From Octopus vulgaris (lineage: Eukaryota), in the NCBI GenBank assembly GCA_951406725.2, contig OX597821.1, forward strand, positions 54,436,001 through 54,500,000: a stretch of 64,000 nt of DNA, given 5' to 3'. The notes under the pieces are model-generated. The model was not told the DNA's origin. It searched no databases and saw only the letters and a list, made by a program, of their open reading frames with translations. Both the position numbers and the translations under genes were made by a program. Below are positions 49,300-64,000 of the stretch, in pieces (position 1 is the stretch's first letter; the number at the start of each line of letters is the position of its first letter).

Positions 49300-50760
49300 A
49301 TGCTGCTTGGTCGTTTGCAGAGCAGCCATACTGCTTATGACTATAATTCTGCCAAGCACAACCTTATCAAGGTTATCAAGATAATGAACTTCATATTTGG
49401 TTATTTTAATTTAATAGCAGACTTGATAAGAGTGATGAGAAACATGTACTGAATGTGCAATCCAATGAAATCAGAGAAACACATACAATACTTCATCCAC
49501 CACATGCTGGGTACAACCAAAGGGAGAGGATCAGAGTGTACAAAGGAGGCAGGGAAAAATAGTAGACCATCATAGAGAATGACATTAATGGGACCTGCCT
49601 GCTATGTAGGAGTAAATTCTTGAATACCATAAAAGAACTAGGAAGAAGATAGGTAAGGCCAAAAAATGCAAGAATGCCATGTTTGTCGTGGCTACCACTT
49701 GAGGTGCTGGCATATCCTTTTAGGAAAACCTTAGATAAGATGAATCTATGACTTACAGTAGTAGAAAGTCCAGGGAACTGCATAAAATCCCTGGTCTGCA
49801 GAACATACCTGTTTGAAAGAAACCCCTGTATGAACAGGAACTCTATAGTGTGTAGAATAAACTCACAGATAAATTGTAAAACTAGGAACGCAGTCTATAG
49901 TAAAAGGTGTACTTAGGGATAGTGCAGAAACAAAACAATGGCCTATATTGGAGAGACAATACATAGCATAGGTGAGCAGGTAAGTGAACATTGGCTCGAG
50001 CTCAAGGTTGGGAAAATCTTGTCAGTGATCTACAAACATGCTAAATTAGAACATGGAGGCTTAGTTGATAATATAGATGTTAGGAACTTACTAACACATA
50101 GAACAGACACAGAACTCAGACAGATTATAGAGCCCATACACATAGCAGAAGATAGACTAAATTGCAACAGTAAACATGAATAAAGTAATAACACATCCCC
50201 CCACTCCACCACACTACACAAACCTGACAACTAAAGAAAGAATGAGGAAAAATAAATATATGACACAGGTACTAACAGTATAATATACAAACTTTTATAC
50301 ATGCACACAAGGCACACATACACATATTAAAGACAGAATGAGAAAATAAAGAAAGAAAGAAGTAAAAGACATGAGTACAAAAAACAGTGCAATATACAAA
50401 CCCATATACATGAACACATGAGACACATGATAAACATATGGACACACACACACATGCACATATTCACAGGCATAAACACATACACAGATAGAGATACACA
50501 CCACAAAAAGACAAAATGGAATAGGCAGGGTAAGAGGAAACACATGGGACAGAGTTGTTAAAGAGATCACAGAATGTGTAAGGACAGAACTTTGACACAC
50601 AAGTAAACTAAGAGAAATAATATTAATAAAACTAAAATGAAGATCAAATAAAAAAAAATAGAAGATCAAATAAATAAATAGGCAGAAGATGGCCATACCC
50701 GAGTATAGCAATATCTTGTTTCAACATTTTCACATCCAGAATTTTACAAAACAAATACAT
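49300..50760 (+). mobile_element. Old Penelope-like element relic (different family): GIY-YIG and 3' end
   Basis: NCKTRNAVY...C...AYIGETIHSIGEQVSEH...SVIYKHAKLEHG...RQIIEPIHI...LN. Confidence 0.7.
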
Positions 50761-50902
50761 AAACATATATTTACATGCATACACATATGCATGCATGTGT
50801 GTGTGTGTGTGTTTATTTGTGTTGCCAGATTCTTGATGTGAAATGTATACACACACACATACACACACACACATATACATACATGTATATACGTATATAG
50901 TC

Positions 50903-50943
<41 letters not shown>

Positions 50944-50955
50944 TTACATACATAC

Positions 50956-51056
<101 letters not shown>

Positions 51057-51060
51057 ACAC

Positions 51061-51177
<117 letters not shown>

Positions 51178-52534
51178 TTATATATATTAGTAGAACATAC
51201 AGAAGCAGAAATTGATACATGTGTTTCAAAAGTTTAGTAACATTCTGTCTCTTCCAGTTCAAAGTAATATCTAGTATGTATATGATAATATATCTGTATA
51301 TGTTCGCTCTCACATACAGAATAACATCCACAGACACTCACACTCATATATACATGTGCTTGCATGAAAATAGATGTATGTACATGTGTGTGTGTGTGTG
51401 TGTACGTGCACATGCGTGTCTGTGTGTTATCATTATTTGTCACTCTTATTTCTAGATTGTATATGCAACTATTTTGGTTGCTGGCATCTTAGCCTCTTAA
51501 CTTAGAGGTCAGGCTATCTTCAATATTCTTTAATTCGATTTCATACCTTATAATTTCAGTCTGAACTTAAATAGTTTACCATGAACCTTGCTCTATTTGA
51601 GATTTTATTCTTCAGATTTCACATTATTTGGCAGTCAAGCATTAAGCTTAGCTTAGCAAAGATCAGTTTATTTAAATACTAATGGGTTTGTTTGGGAACA
51701 ACAAACATACATTCACCTAAGTTTAAAACACTCTTTTCACTCTTGTTAACCCTTAATTCCTCCCTCTTGGAAATGGATGTATATTTAGCATTTAAACTGA
51801 ATAGAATCATGAGTTGTGCCAAAGATAAAAACAGGATTAGCTGTATAAACTTGTCAGTAATGTATGTACTTGTGAATGTGTTTGCTCGTATATACATACA
51901 AACACATACATACATAATACATACACACACACATATTATCTTTTACTTGTTTCAGGCATTAAACTATGGCCATGCTTGAGCACCACTTAGGAGAATTTTT
52001 TAATCAAACAAACCAACCCTCGTGCTTACTTCTTTTAAGCTTGATAAGTTGTGCAGACATAAGCACACCAGCACCAGCTGTTGAGTGATGGTGGCAGAGA
52101 AACACTCACACACACACACACACACACACACAACGGGCTTCTTTCAGTTTCCGTCTACCAAATCCTCTCACAAGTGGTTGGCCCGAGGCTAGAATAGAAG
52201 ACCCTTGCTCAAGGTGCTATACAATGGGACTGAACTTGAACCATATAGTTGGAAAGCAAGCTTCTTACCACACAGCCACACTTGTATACATGAGTACTCT
52301 TTTTGTCATTGGATTTTTGCCCATGCTGGAGCATTACCACCTTGGAAGGTTTTAGTTGAACAAATCAGCCCCAATTCTCATTTTTATGTCTGGTACTTAT
52401 TCTATCAGTTTCCTCAGCTGAACTGATAATTTACAGGGATGAAAACAAACCAACACTGGTTGTCAAATGGTTGGGGGACAAACATAGACGAAGAGGCAAC
52501 ACACATGTATAATGAACTTTTACAATTTCCATCT

Positions 52535-52850
52535 ACAGATTGAAATAGATGTATATTATAAGCCATACAATTCAAGACAATATTTACTTTTACTTCACAT
52601 CACCCAAAACCATATGAGACTCAATAACCCATACCATCTAGCAGAAAGAATATGCACTAGTGTATTAAATTTTAAAACATCCAAAAGAAAACACTAAACA
52701 AACTAAAAGACATTTCGATTTGAAGGCATTATCTGCTATCATAAAGAATGTAACTGAAAGAGTAGAGGCCAATAATATTAGAGATTTAAGATCAGTAGAA
52801 ATCAAAACAGAAATAAATGTTTTACCAAACATTTCAGGGCCTGGTTTAAA
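52535..52850 (+). mobile_element. Decayed Penelope-like RT thumb fragment
   Basis: IEIDVYYKPYNSRQYLL..SHHP.....PYHLAERICT resembles the PLE 'TDxYxKPTxxxQYLxxxSxHP...IPYxxAxRI' motif. Confidence 0.65.
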
Positions 52851-53502
52851 ACTACAACCTGGCATCTTGGATTCCCTCAGTTGCAAACATTAAAATTAGG
52901 TTTCTGGTTTGAGGATGTCTTTCTTCTTTTAACTAATTTAAATGGCCCTGTAATGGATTTATGGGCACAGCCTTGCCTCATAACAAAAAAAAGATTTTTT
53001 AAATGTACTGTAGTAGCAGCCCTTTACAGACTGAATTGAATTTTCACTGGCTTCAGCTTCACCCAGTTATCATTTTAGGTGAATAAAATAATGCCAGTGA
53101 AGTACCAGAATTGATTTTGGCACATGTGTGGTGGTTTTAAAGTAGGTTCTGGCACTCTGGTGATTTAACTAGCTATAGCCATTACAATGTAATTAAAAAT
53201 AATATCCAAATTTTTTCATATATTGCCTTAATATTTTAATGGATCATTTGAAATAAGATTTCACTGTTGTTTACTGTAATGAATAAACAACATGCAGTAA
53301 ATAAATAGCGTCATAGTTATTCAGACAAAACTAGGTAAGATATTAGCAGCATTTCTTTCTTGCTTAGCCCAGGTTTGTAGCCTCCAGACATACAACTACA
53401 TAGCCACACACACACACCTATTTATATATACATGTACATGTATAGTTATATATACATAAAAATAAGAGCATTGTAGTTTGCTTGAAGCATTTTAGTACAA
53501 AA

Positions 53503-53640
53503 GTAGAAAAGGAAAATATATAAAACCTTCAACAATGCAGAAAGTTTTATATTTCACATGCCTGAGGATGGGCCTTTGCACCTGAAATATAAAAATGTCT
53601 GCATTGTTGGAAGCTTTCTATGTTTTACTTTTCTTTTTAT
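53503..53640 (+). repeat. Short fold-back with decayed hammerhead-like loop
   Basis: Arms caacaatgcaga..ttttatatttca / tgaaatataaaa..tctgcattgttg; centre CTGAGGA-tgggc-cttt-gcacc-t-GAAA-ta-TA. Confidence 0.5.
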
Positions 53641-53989
53641 TCACATAAATATTTATATATGCGTACATATTTATATAAGCATATGTATACATATGTATTA
53701 AATCGCTACTGAAACTCTTGAATATTCTAAAATCTAAATTTCAACCTCAAAATAAATATCACTCTATATTTGACCTGTCCACCATAAAACTTTCCTACTC
53801 TACCACATCTAATCATAGTTAAGCAAGTTTTACTGTGTCATATCTCATAAATGGCATAGCAATGTAATCAATAACTACTGGCAAGATAAAGTACTTGCTC
53901 CTGTAAGAAGTAACTTTGGAAGTATGATGAACAACTAATGAAAGTAGCTGAAAGAAGGTTACTACAATTGATGAGGAAGAGAATACACT

Positions 53990-54300
53990 TAGATGAGACA
54001 CTGCTGAAGTTTTTTCCTGGTCAGAGTACCACTGATGCTTTCTTCATAGACAGACAAATGCAAGAGAGGAGTCAAGCCAAGTATAAGCCTCTATATTAGG
54101 CAGTTTTGATTTAGTGAAGGTCTTTGTTACCATGATCTATAGTCTGGTAGTCACTAAGAAAATTAGGAGTTGAAAACTGGCAGGTGAGAGCACACCATAT
54201 TCAGTAAAGTAAGGATTGATAATGATTTCAGTAAGGAATTTATAATACAAATAGGTGTTCACCAGGGTTTAGTTTTAACCCCTCCTTTTTAGTATAGTCT
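53990..54300 (+). mobile_element. Decayed RTE RT fragment
   Basis: FFPGQSTTDAFFIDRQMQER..AKYKPLY, SLRKLGVENWQVRA, GVHQGLVL. Confidence 0.65.
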
Positions 54301-54723
54301 TCATAACCAGACAATTTCTCTTTCTGAAAATCCCAGTTTATCCAAGTTTTCCTTGAAGCATTTACTAACAAAACCTAATGCTTCTCATATTATTGATATG
54401 AATATAAATTCATAGTCTAGATATAGTAGCTGGAGGTTTCGAAGCAGTTGTCCATAGATGTAGTGTGTATGTACGTATATTTCTGTATGTATGTATGTAT
54501 GTCTGTGTGTGCGTTATGTACATGCATGCATGCATACACACGTGTGTGTGTTCATATTGTAGAATGTAAGAGCTATACATTTTTGGAAAAATGGAAAAAT
54601 TGGCAGCAACATCACACATCAACTGTAAAGCAGACTAAATGTATGTAGACATAAAACATTACATAAATAGTTCTAAGCTTAAGCTATCTTGGTTTTCCCT
54701 TACATCAATCAAATACTGTCCTG

Positions 54724-54762
<39 letters not shown>

Positions 54763-54819
54763 TAGATATAAACAGTGAGAGTGAGGGGAAGAGATAGATA
54801 GATAGATAGATAAATGATG

Positions 54820-55187
54820 ATAATATATATATATATATATATATACATATATATATGCATGTATGTATAAATGTATATTTATATATGTATATATAAATGT
54901 ATATTCATATATATGTGTGTGCGTATGTACACATATATAATGTATTTATATATATATAAATGTGTGTGTGTATATATACACACATATATATATACATATA
55001 TATATATACATATATATATATATACATATATACTTATACATATATACATATACATATATACATATATACATATACATATATACATATACAAATATACATA
55101 TACACATATACATATATACATATACACATATACATATATACATATACACATATATACATATATACATATACACATACATATATATAC

Positions 55188-55236
<49 letters not shown>

Positions 55237-55245
55237 TATATATAC

Positions 55246-55292
<47 letters not shown>
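54820..55292. repeat. Compound (TA)/(TACATA)n microsatellite
   Basis: Directly visible. Confidence 0.95.
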
Positions 55293-55295
<3 letters not shown>

Positions 55296-56114
55296 AAATG
55301 TAAGTCTGCCTGTTCCAAAACTTACTGTTCATAGGCAAACTTCTGATGCATTCCATTTTGTTAATGTAAATATATTAGTTCAACTAGTTTGTCTGCTTTT
55401 GGTTAAACACCAAAGTTAATCCGTTCAATATTCTGACTATCATAAATTTAGTTATCTTAGAACCCCCTCAGGGTCAGAGGAGCTGTTATCTGTGATCTCA
55501 TATTATAAACAGTCTGTTATGTATAATATGTTATGTTACTCTGACCTACAGAGTGAAATAAAGATTTATAGTACATTTTATTAGAATTATTATAAATATT
55601 AGCACATTTTTGTAAAGAAATATATACAAAGTATTTATATCTGAAGAAGAGAGAATATGTTTTGCTATCCTGGAACTTGGAGATATGAAAGAGATCTGAA
55701 ATTATAACAACCCACTTCCTGATCCTGTGATTTTGACTAGATATGATTTTAACACCAAAAATAATAGCAATAATAAAAAAGAAAATAGAAAAACATATTC
55801 GTTGTAAGACTAGGTATGTTTGCAGACACCATCTGCATTGTATAATTAATCTTCTGATAAAATGAAATTTGATGTCGTAGTTAGTGTCAAAGTTTGATAA
55901 TTCTCGCCAATAATTTTTTTTTTAATGAACCAATGTAAAAAAAAAACTGAAATACAAGAAATAACTGTGTGGTAAGAAGCTTGCTTCCCAATCACATGCT
56001 TCTGGGTTCAGTTCCACTGCATAGTAACTTGAGCAGGTGTCTCCTACTAAAACTTTGGGCCAACCAAAGCCTTGTGAGTGGATTTGGTAGATGGAAACTG
56101 AAAGAAGCCTGTTT

Positions 56115-56485
56115 TCATCATCATTTAACGTCCGCTTTCCGTGCTAGCATGGGTTGGACGATTTGACTGAGGACTGGCAAACCAGATGGCTGCACCAGGC
56201 TCCAATCTGATCTGGCAGAGTTTCTACAGCTGGATGCCCTTCCTAATGCCAACCACTCCGAGAGTGTAGTGGGTGCTTTTACATGCCACCAGTACGAGGG
56301 CCAGTCTGGCGGTACTGGCAATGGCCATGCTCAAATGCTATCTTTTACATGACACCTGCACAGGAGTCAGTCCAGCTGCACTGGCAACGACCTTGCTCGA
56401 ATATTTTGTTCACGTGCCACTGGCACAAGTGCCAGCAAGGTGACGCTGGTAACGATCACACTCAAATGGTGCTTTTTACATGCCA

Positions 56486-56490
<5 letters not shown>
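56115..56490 (-). mobile_element. Repeat family D, well preserved, with internal repeated 'gcttttacatgccac' units
   Basis: Matches 39895-40190 and 14560-14810. Confidence 0.7.
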
Positions 56491-56520
<30 letters not shown>

Positions 56521-57875
56521 TTTGGGTATGGTAGATGAGTTCAGCAAAAATTTAGATTCAGATGAATATGGTACTTAGTTGAGGCACCACAATTTAGTAC
56601 AGTATTATCCGTACAATTTCAAAATAAGCAGTTTGGTGAAAGATCGATAAAATAAGTACTACGCTTAATAAAAATGTTCTGGGGTCACTTCGTTTAATTA
56701 AAACCTTTCAAGGAGGTGCCCTAGCATGCCCACACTCAAATAACTGAAGCAAGCAAAAGATAAACTAAAATGTTTCTTTGCTCTATGTTTTTTTTTAACC
56801 TAATTTGAGGATTATCAAAGAGAAAATCAAAGTTGAAATGAAACAATCTGAAATCAGAGTAAATCTTTTAGATTTCTATTTTTTACTTCTAAATGAAGTT
56901 CTTTAAAATAATCTAAAAGTCCAATGGAATATAAAATCTATCAATTGAGAAACTGCCACATTTGTATAGTTCAGAGAAAATATGAGTACGTCTAAGGCTT
57001 TTGTGGTTATGAATTTTGCTTCACAACAGTATGGACCCAACTTCATTTCCACAGTGGAACAATTTGAGAAAGTGCTTTCTACCATAGCCGCAGGCCAACT
57101 GATGCATTGAAAGCACAATTTAATTGCTGGAAACTGCAGAGAAACCCATTATGTGTGTGTAGGCGTGTCTAGATGTGTCCATCTACTTGTGTAAACAAGT
57201 GTTACTACTAACAGTCAAGAGGACACCTTAGCATTTAGATAAAAAGCAATGAAATGAGTAAGAAGCCGAAATATACCATTACTATTTTGTTAAACTGTCA
57301 TATGTCCAAATTTGGCCAAATGCGTTTTTTCAATATTTATTTTTGCCTGCAAAAGCCAGTTCTTTTGGTCAAACTATTGTATATCCAGCTGCTTCAGAGG
57401 TCAAGATATCAAAAATTATCAAAGTGTAGTACAACAGTTTTGCTATGTAATGGTGAAATTATGCTTTCGCTTTCTGAAAAAGCAACATTTTAGACTTACA
57501 ACACTTTTCCGTAATAGCAACAATATACTGGAGTTGATATGACTGACTGAGACCCTTGGAAGTGGTGCCCCAGAATAGCCTGAAATCAGTAACAGGATAG
57601 GAGAAGAAAATATTAAATTCATATTGCATGTGATTGGAATTATAACAATTTAAGATTATACAGAAACTGTTCAAATATATTGTAAGATAATGATATATCT
57701 AGTTCTAAAAATTCCGAAGAAATATTCTGCTATAGATATTTTGGGACGAAGTAATCTATAGATCAGAAAAATATGATTATTTTGATATTATTTATCTCTT
57801 GGATATCAATATATATATATATATATATATACATATATACATATATACATACATATATATATATATATGTATGTA

Positions 57876-57927
<52 letters not shown>

Positions 57928-58089
57928 CATATATACATATATATACATATACATATACATACATACATGTACATACATACATATACATACATACATATAT
58001 ATATATACATACATATATATACATACACATATATATACATACGTATATATACTTATATACATGCGTACACACACACATGCCCACACATG

Positions 58090-58127
<38 letters not shown>

Positions 58128-58963
58128 ATTGGTAGCTTATTTTAGATCATTTCACATTACATTATTTACATCTTATACACAGTTTGCGCTGTGGAATATT
58201 TCTTCCGTAAGCTGTTTACTGGTGATTTCTTATATGATGCTACCAAGAAACTGTTTTTTCTTTTTTAAATGCCATTTTAAGCATGTTTATTATTTAGAAT
58301 CTCCTCCTGCACCAAAACTAGTGGTGTGGCTATAACCACTGCAACTATACAGACATTATTCTGTTTCATCTAGTACTACCCTGAGGTCAGCTAAGGTTAT
58401 TTATCAGGGGGCTTGTCATTATTTAAGAAGAAAATATTGAATTATAACAAAACACAATTTAATCATTCATCCATGATAGTGGGTGAATATATTCTTATGG
58501 TCAACTTTTAGTTACTTGCAAGCAGTTCTAGGTTTCCTCATTAAATCTGTTCTTGACCAAACTGAAGGTAGTTTTTTAGCAATGATGGTCCAGTCCTAAG
58601 CTACATTTTCAGATGAAATAATATAATAATGACATAACAATAAAACCTCTCTCATAAAAGAGGATTAAAACACCCCCCCTTACTCTCAGAAAAAAAAAGA
58701 TTTTTTTTCTGCTTTCTTTTTTCTTTTCTATCCTCCTTTGTTTACTTCTCTCTCTTGCTCTTTCCTCTGCTCTTTCTTCTTTTATCTTTCTCTTTTTTTA
58801 CATATACTCACATATAGATAACAAAACAAAACAAAAAAAAAACAACCTCTTTCTGATTTGTAGAAAAGGCAATGAAATTTTCTGTAAAACTTATGTGATG
58901 GGTCTCAATGAATAAGATGAAAATGCTAATAAAGAATTATCCAAAATTCTAATTACTTCCAGT

Positions 58964-59012
<49 letters not shown>

Positions 59013-59013
<1 letters not shown>

Positions 59014-59914
59014 TAGGCCATCCCATAAATAATGCAGGTTTTTTTATACTTCTTTTATTTTTCAAAATTAAGATAAACATAGTTCTTTTTAATCTAAAAT
59101 ATACTCTCCTTCATTTTCTACAATGCTGTTCCTTCTATCTAGTAGACTTACAAGGCCCCTCTTCCAAAATCCACTTGTCCATGATGAAAAATACTCCTTC
59201 AGTGCTGTTCTAACCTCATCTACAGAATTCATATTTTTTCTGTTAGATGATTTTGAAGATTTCAGAATAAATAATAATCAGATGGGGCAATATCTGGTGA
59301 ATATGGTGGGTGTGGCATCATTTCCCATTCAAACTGTTCCAGCCTTTGGAATGTCATCCTCGCTGTATGTAGCTGAGCATTATCCTGATGGAAGGTCACC
59401 TTTTGTTTTGAAACCTAAGATAGTAGTTTTTCTTCTAGCACTGGTGTTGCTGAATGGTTGAATGACCAAATCCAAGCTTCTCTGCTAGTTTCTCAACAGT
59501 TACAATGGGATTTTGTTCCACCAGGTTTTGCAGGACATCCTTGTTGAGCTCTACAGATCTTCCAGGATGTGGCTTGTCTTCTAGACTGTAGTTTCTGGCT
59601 TGGAATTTATGGAACCACTATTGACACTGGCTTGTGCTTATTATCCAATCCCCATATACTGCATTAATATTCCTCACACTTTCCATTGCATTGCTGCCTT
59701 TATGGAACTCATAAAGCAAAATATGCCAAATATGCTCCTTTGTCACTTCCATTATAGCTTTGAAAACATAACTGTTAAAATTGAACTACGAATAAGCAAA
59801 AGGTAAAACTACTATCAGCTTTTATAGGAAGTTGATGCAGGTAGTTTATCCTGTCCCCCTCTGACTTTTAGTTCATGCAATTAGAAAAACCACATTATTT
59901 ATAGGATGACCCAA
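59013..59914 (-). mobile_element. Internally deleted mariner transposon
   Basis: TIRs ttaggccatcccataaataatg / cattatttataggatgacccaa. Minus strand reads HQDNAQLH and PHPPYSPDIAPSDYYLF. Confidence 0.88.
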
Positions 59915-61002
59915 TATATATACATAAGTATGTATGTATGTGTATGTGTGTGTGTATGTGTGTGTGTGTGCGTGTGTGTGTGTTTGGCCCCCCAAATATT
60001 GCTTGATAACCGATGCTGGTGTGTTTATGTCCGTGTAATTTAAGCGGTTCAGCAAAAAAAAAAAACCCTATAAAATAAGTACTAAGTTTACAAAGAATAA
60101 GTCCTGGAGTCAATTTTTTTGACTAATACCCTTTAAGGCAGTGCTCCAGTACAACCACAGTCAAATGACTGAAACAAGTAAAAGAATAAAAGAATCCTCC
60201 TGAAAACTTTATTAGACTGATTTAAAACATTATTTTTCCATTATTGAATATGTACCTAGTTTTGATTAATATACAAATATAACATATATGTGTATTTGTT
60301 TTGATATTAAGAGTGAAAAAAAAAATGACATTGTTCATAAAAAACTGTTGATCTGGGTTTGTACTCACTACTCAAATTTTGTTTTGGGGGTTATAATCTC
60401 CACTATGTCTAAAAAACCAAAACTGGCTCAATGATCATGACTGGAATGCTTTTAATCTTTAGCATTCAGATTAATTTATCAAATACAATGCTTATCTATC
60501 AACTCTTTCAATAATTAATCATGTAGCTTCAAGATTTTGAAGATGTGAGAATTTATTTTTAGAATGACATTGTAGGATAGGTGGGAGAGGGTGGATCAGC
60601 CATTTCAAACATAAAACAGGTAGACTATCGGGGCCAGAAATAACTGGTTTAAATGCTAAGAGTTAACTATATATTTGCTGGAACAGGACTAGTCAAATCA
60701 ACAACAGAACTTTATAAGTCTCACACCAGTTAATTTCTTCTGCACAATATTTCATGATATTAAATAAATGCTATATAAATATCAATTTAATTAGTTGTTA
60801 TAGAAATGCTGTATTTTTTTTTTATCATGATAAATATTTTCTTAACAATATTAATTAATTTGTAATCTATCAATATAATTAATTTTACAAATGTTACTTT
60901 ATTTGAACAAATATTTTTTCCCAATATATTTTTAAGTATTCTTTATCAATTGAGTGCTACACACACACTCTCCCTCTCTCTCTGTCTCACACGCACGTGT
61001 TT

Positions 61003-61048
<46 letters not shown>

Positions 61049-61232
61049 ACATACACCACGTTATGTTTATATGCAAATATAGGATTGGGTTGAATGAATG
61101 ATGTGTGTGTGAGTTGATGGAACAGTGGTATGAAGCTCAAGTCATGATATAAGCATTCAGTTTCAACAAGATGTGTGTGTGTGTGTATGTGTGTGTGAGT
61201 GTATGTGTGTGTGTGCACACATATGTGCATAC

Positions 61233-61268
<36 letters not shown>

Positions 61269-61521
61269 ACACACATACATACATACTTACATACATACAT
61301 ACACATATATACTTTTATTAAAGCTGAAAAATCTTCATAAACTGTTACTCAGAGCTTTATATGACCATTTGTCTGATTACTGTGATCATATACATTTATA
61401 TGTATATATATAGACATAGATTGAGGGGATGATCATAATCCTGAGATTATCACCTTGCAAGACTAAGATGCTTCTCAACTGAGTGGGACTAAAATAGAGA
61501 GGAAGACAGTTTTATATTAGA

Positions 61522-62040
61522 CTAGCAGTATCGCCCGGTGTTGCTCAGGGTTTGTAAGGGAAATAACTATATAAGCATTTTTAGAGAGTTACTTCCCTTA
61601 TAGATGCCAATTCGGGCTTTCTTAGCCATTTCTGTTTTGGTGTTTTCAAGCCATGAAGTCGTTGTTCTAAAAGAACGCTGGTCTCCTTGACAACGCATTA
61701 CGACGTTGATTTCCTTAAACTCCCTTCCCCACAGCTTCACGAGGGAGGGAAGAAGGGGAGAAGCAAACACAGGTGCAGGTGTTTGAGCGTGGACGCCAAC
61801 TCTGCCGCTATCGACACACGAAAAATTATGCATTAAAATGGAATAAAAAATGATGTTAAATTATTTTTAAAACCGTAGACTCATCGTAGACATGCGCTAA
61901 TAGCCAGACGGGCTTGATATGAATCACGACTATAAGATACCCGAATTTGGTTAAACTGCACCGCAAAATGTGGGAGGAGTTAGGAATCTAAATCGTAGGA
62001 GACAGACACTCACACAACTACAGTTTTATATATATATAGA
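61522..62040 (-). mobile_element. Non-autonomous Helitron, copy 2
   Basis: 5' TC, 3' hairpin plus CTAG, A|T insertion site; near-identical to 16112-16624. Confidence 0.85.
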
Positions 62041-62809
62041 TGTTGAGAGGTTAAAGTCTCAAAGAACAGGTAGGAACAGACTTCTTACTGCAGAGGAGTT
62101 ACATGCCTACTTTGCATTCTATGAGTGGCTGGCAGTAAATGGGTTAGAGCTCAAAAGAGAAAAGAAGGTGGTGTTAGGCAGATGGCAAAGTGAGCCCTCA
62201 AGATGTAAGAAGGTGAATAGAAGAGAGTGGGGGTGGGGGGCAGAAAAACAAGAATGTTTTGTGCATCAAGTTTGCAAAGTTGGAAGAATGTATTGGGAGA
62301 GTGAGTGATGGTAAGACATGAAGTTGGTCCACTAAGCAGAATTGATGGTTAACAAGTGATTCATTATTGAGTTAGACATCAAGGATAATAAGCAGTTTAG
62401 ACAGTATATGAGGCTGATTGAGATGCAAGAAAACTGGTTTGTGATATAAGAAGTCTAACTGTTAAGACTGGTATGGGTAGTGGTGTTAGTAAAAGTGGTC
62501 ATCTGAGGCAGTGAGTGCAGAATCAGGAAAAAGAGATCTGTTGACCGAGAGGGATGGATTAAGAACTGGAAACCAGTAAGTCATGCATATTGCAGCCACC
62601 CTTAAATGGGGTGGGAGATGAACCAGTAAGGTGGCGAATAATGAGCTTGGATTAGAGAAGTCAGAAGTGTTGTATGATGAAGAAATAAGTTAGCGTGAGA
62701 GTAAAGGAAAGGAAAAGCATGGTGATTAGTTATAAGGCAGAGGCAAGAGGAAAGGGCTTCATGTAGTCAACTGCCTTGGTGATCTCATTCTTGCTGACAA
62801 CATCATAAG

Positions 62810-63130
62810 CGGAAAGTGTAATCTCACGAAAGAGCTGTTCTTCACTCTTGCTCCAGAGCATCGGCTGCGGGGTCACTCCAAAAAGCTCTATTTGCGACGA
62901 TTTCATCTCAATCGAAGGAGAGGGGCTTTCTCTGTCCGGGTTGCGGATCCGTGGAATAAGCTGCTGGACGAGATAGTGAAGATGCCGATGACCGCTTGGT
63001 TCAAAGTTTCTCTTGACCAGAAATGGCCTGAACTCTTTGCATGAACACCCTCCCTGTACATAACTCCATGTCCTCCTACATGGCCTTGCTTTTTGCTTTT
63101 TGAGCCAAAAAATTAACTTAACTTCACTTA
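62810..63130 (+). mobile_element. CR1/L2-group LINE 3' end
   Basis: HRLRGHSKKLYLRRFHLNRRRGAFSVRVADPWNKLLDEIV...FKVSLD, followed by a short UTR and (aactt)n tail. Confidence 0.8.
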
Positions 63131-64000
63131 TGGGTGTGAATGGGAGCAGTTTGGACTTAGATAGTGGAAGGGGTATTCATATTATGTAAGGTATTGGAAC
63201 ATACATTGATACTGGGTTTTCAAATTATAATTATGGCTTCAGGGCTGAAGTAAAGGAAAGAATTGATAACAAGTAATAGTGTGAAGAGGGATAAATGGAG
63301 GAAGGTCATGGTAGGAGTAAGATTGAGTTGGGTCATAGAATCATAGATGATGACACACCACCAACCACTTATACCTTTTCCATCTCTGTCTTCCACAAAC
63401 ATAAGTGGTAATGATGGTGTTATGTGTATGTGTGAGGTATACCATTACTAGCTATAATGAAAATATATAAAATGAAATTTAAGCAGAAATAAAGATAAAG
63501 TTATTAAAGTAATACATTTCTTGTATCTTTACACACAACAACAAGCACTTAAACATAAATCTATGTGTACATAGTCACCTGTCAACATTTAGACTACACA
63601 ACATAAATTAGTTGACACATACCAACAACATCATCACCATTTGCAATCTCACCTACAGTAAAAACCACTTTCTTCCTTCCTCACTTCCACTGAGACTCTA
63701 AAAGATTATATTCTAAATGTGCAAAGATTAATTCATCTACTTTTTCTTTTACATTTTTTTTCCTTTCGTGTCTTTTTCTTTGTCTTACTTTTCCAATGAA
63801 GGATAAATAAGACCTAAACAACAAACATTTCTTTCCTTTATTTCTTCCATATGAATCTAATATAATTTCTATTGAGAAATTTATTGTCTGTGGTGCTGTT
63901 ATAAATTTGAATATATTCTTCTTCGTCCTGATGCTTGGAGAAGAGTATACTGAAACCAACTTGTATCCCCATTAATCTACTTTCAGGATAACTACCTCAG

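Overview
AT-rich, repeat-dense eukaryotic non-coding DNA. The repeat complement (long (TA)n/(CA)n/(TAGA)n/(GAT)n tracts, tRNA-derived SINE families, RTE LINEs, mariner relics) looks like an octopus/cephalopod intron or intergenic region; the taxon is an inference. No host protein-coding gene can be supported, and most listed ORFs are microsatellite translations. The main content is transposon-derived: two young, near-identical 5'-truncated Penelope-like elements (PLEs; RT C-terminus plus C-terminal GIY-YIG, Naiad-like) inserted in (TA)n, older PLE relics, RTE/CR1/Hero-type LINE fragments, mariner/Tc1 relics, two copies of a non-autonomous Helitron, MITEs and many SINEs. The most interesting signal is a dispersed set of about a dozen minimal type I hammerhead ribozyme (HHR) motifs from several unrelated sequence families. 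They mostly sit in short non-coding fold-back elements flanked by (TA)n. Two families carry recurrent non-canonical cores (CCGANGA; CUGUNGA) and two have long stem II inserts. One PLE copy has captured an inverted 245-bp copy of its own flank and ends at its predicted ribozyme cleavage site. All folds and alignments were done by eye.
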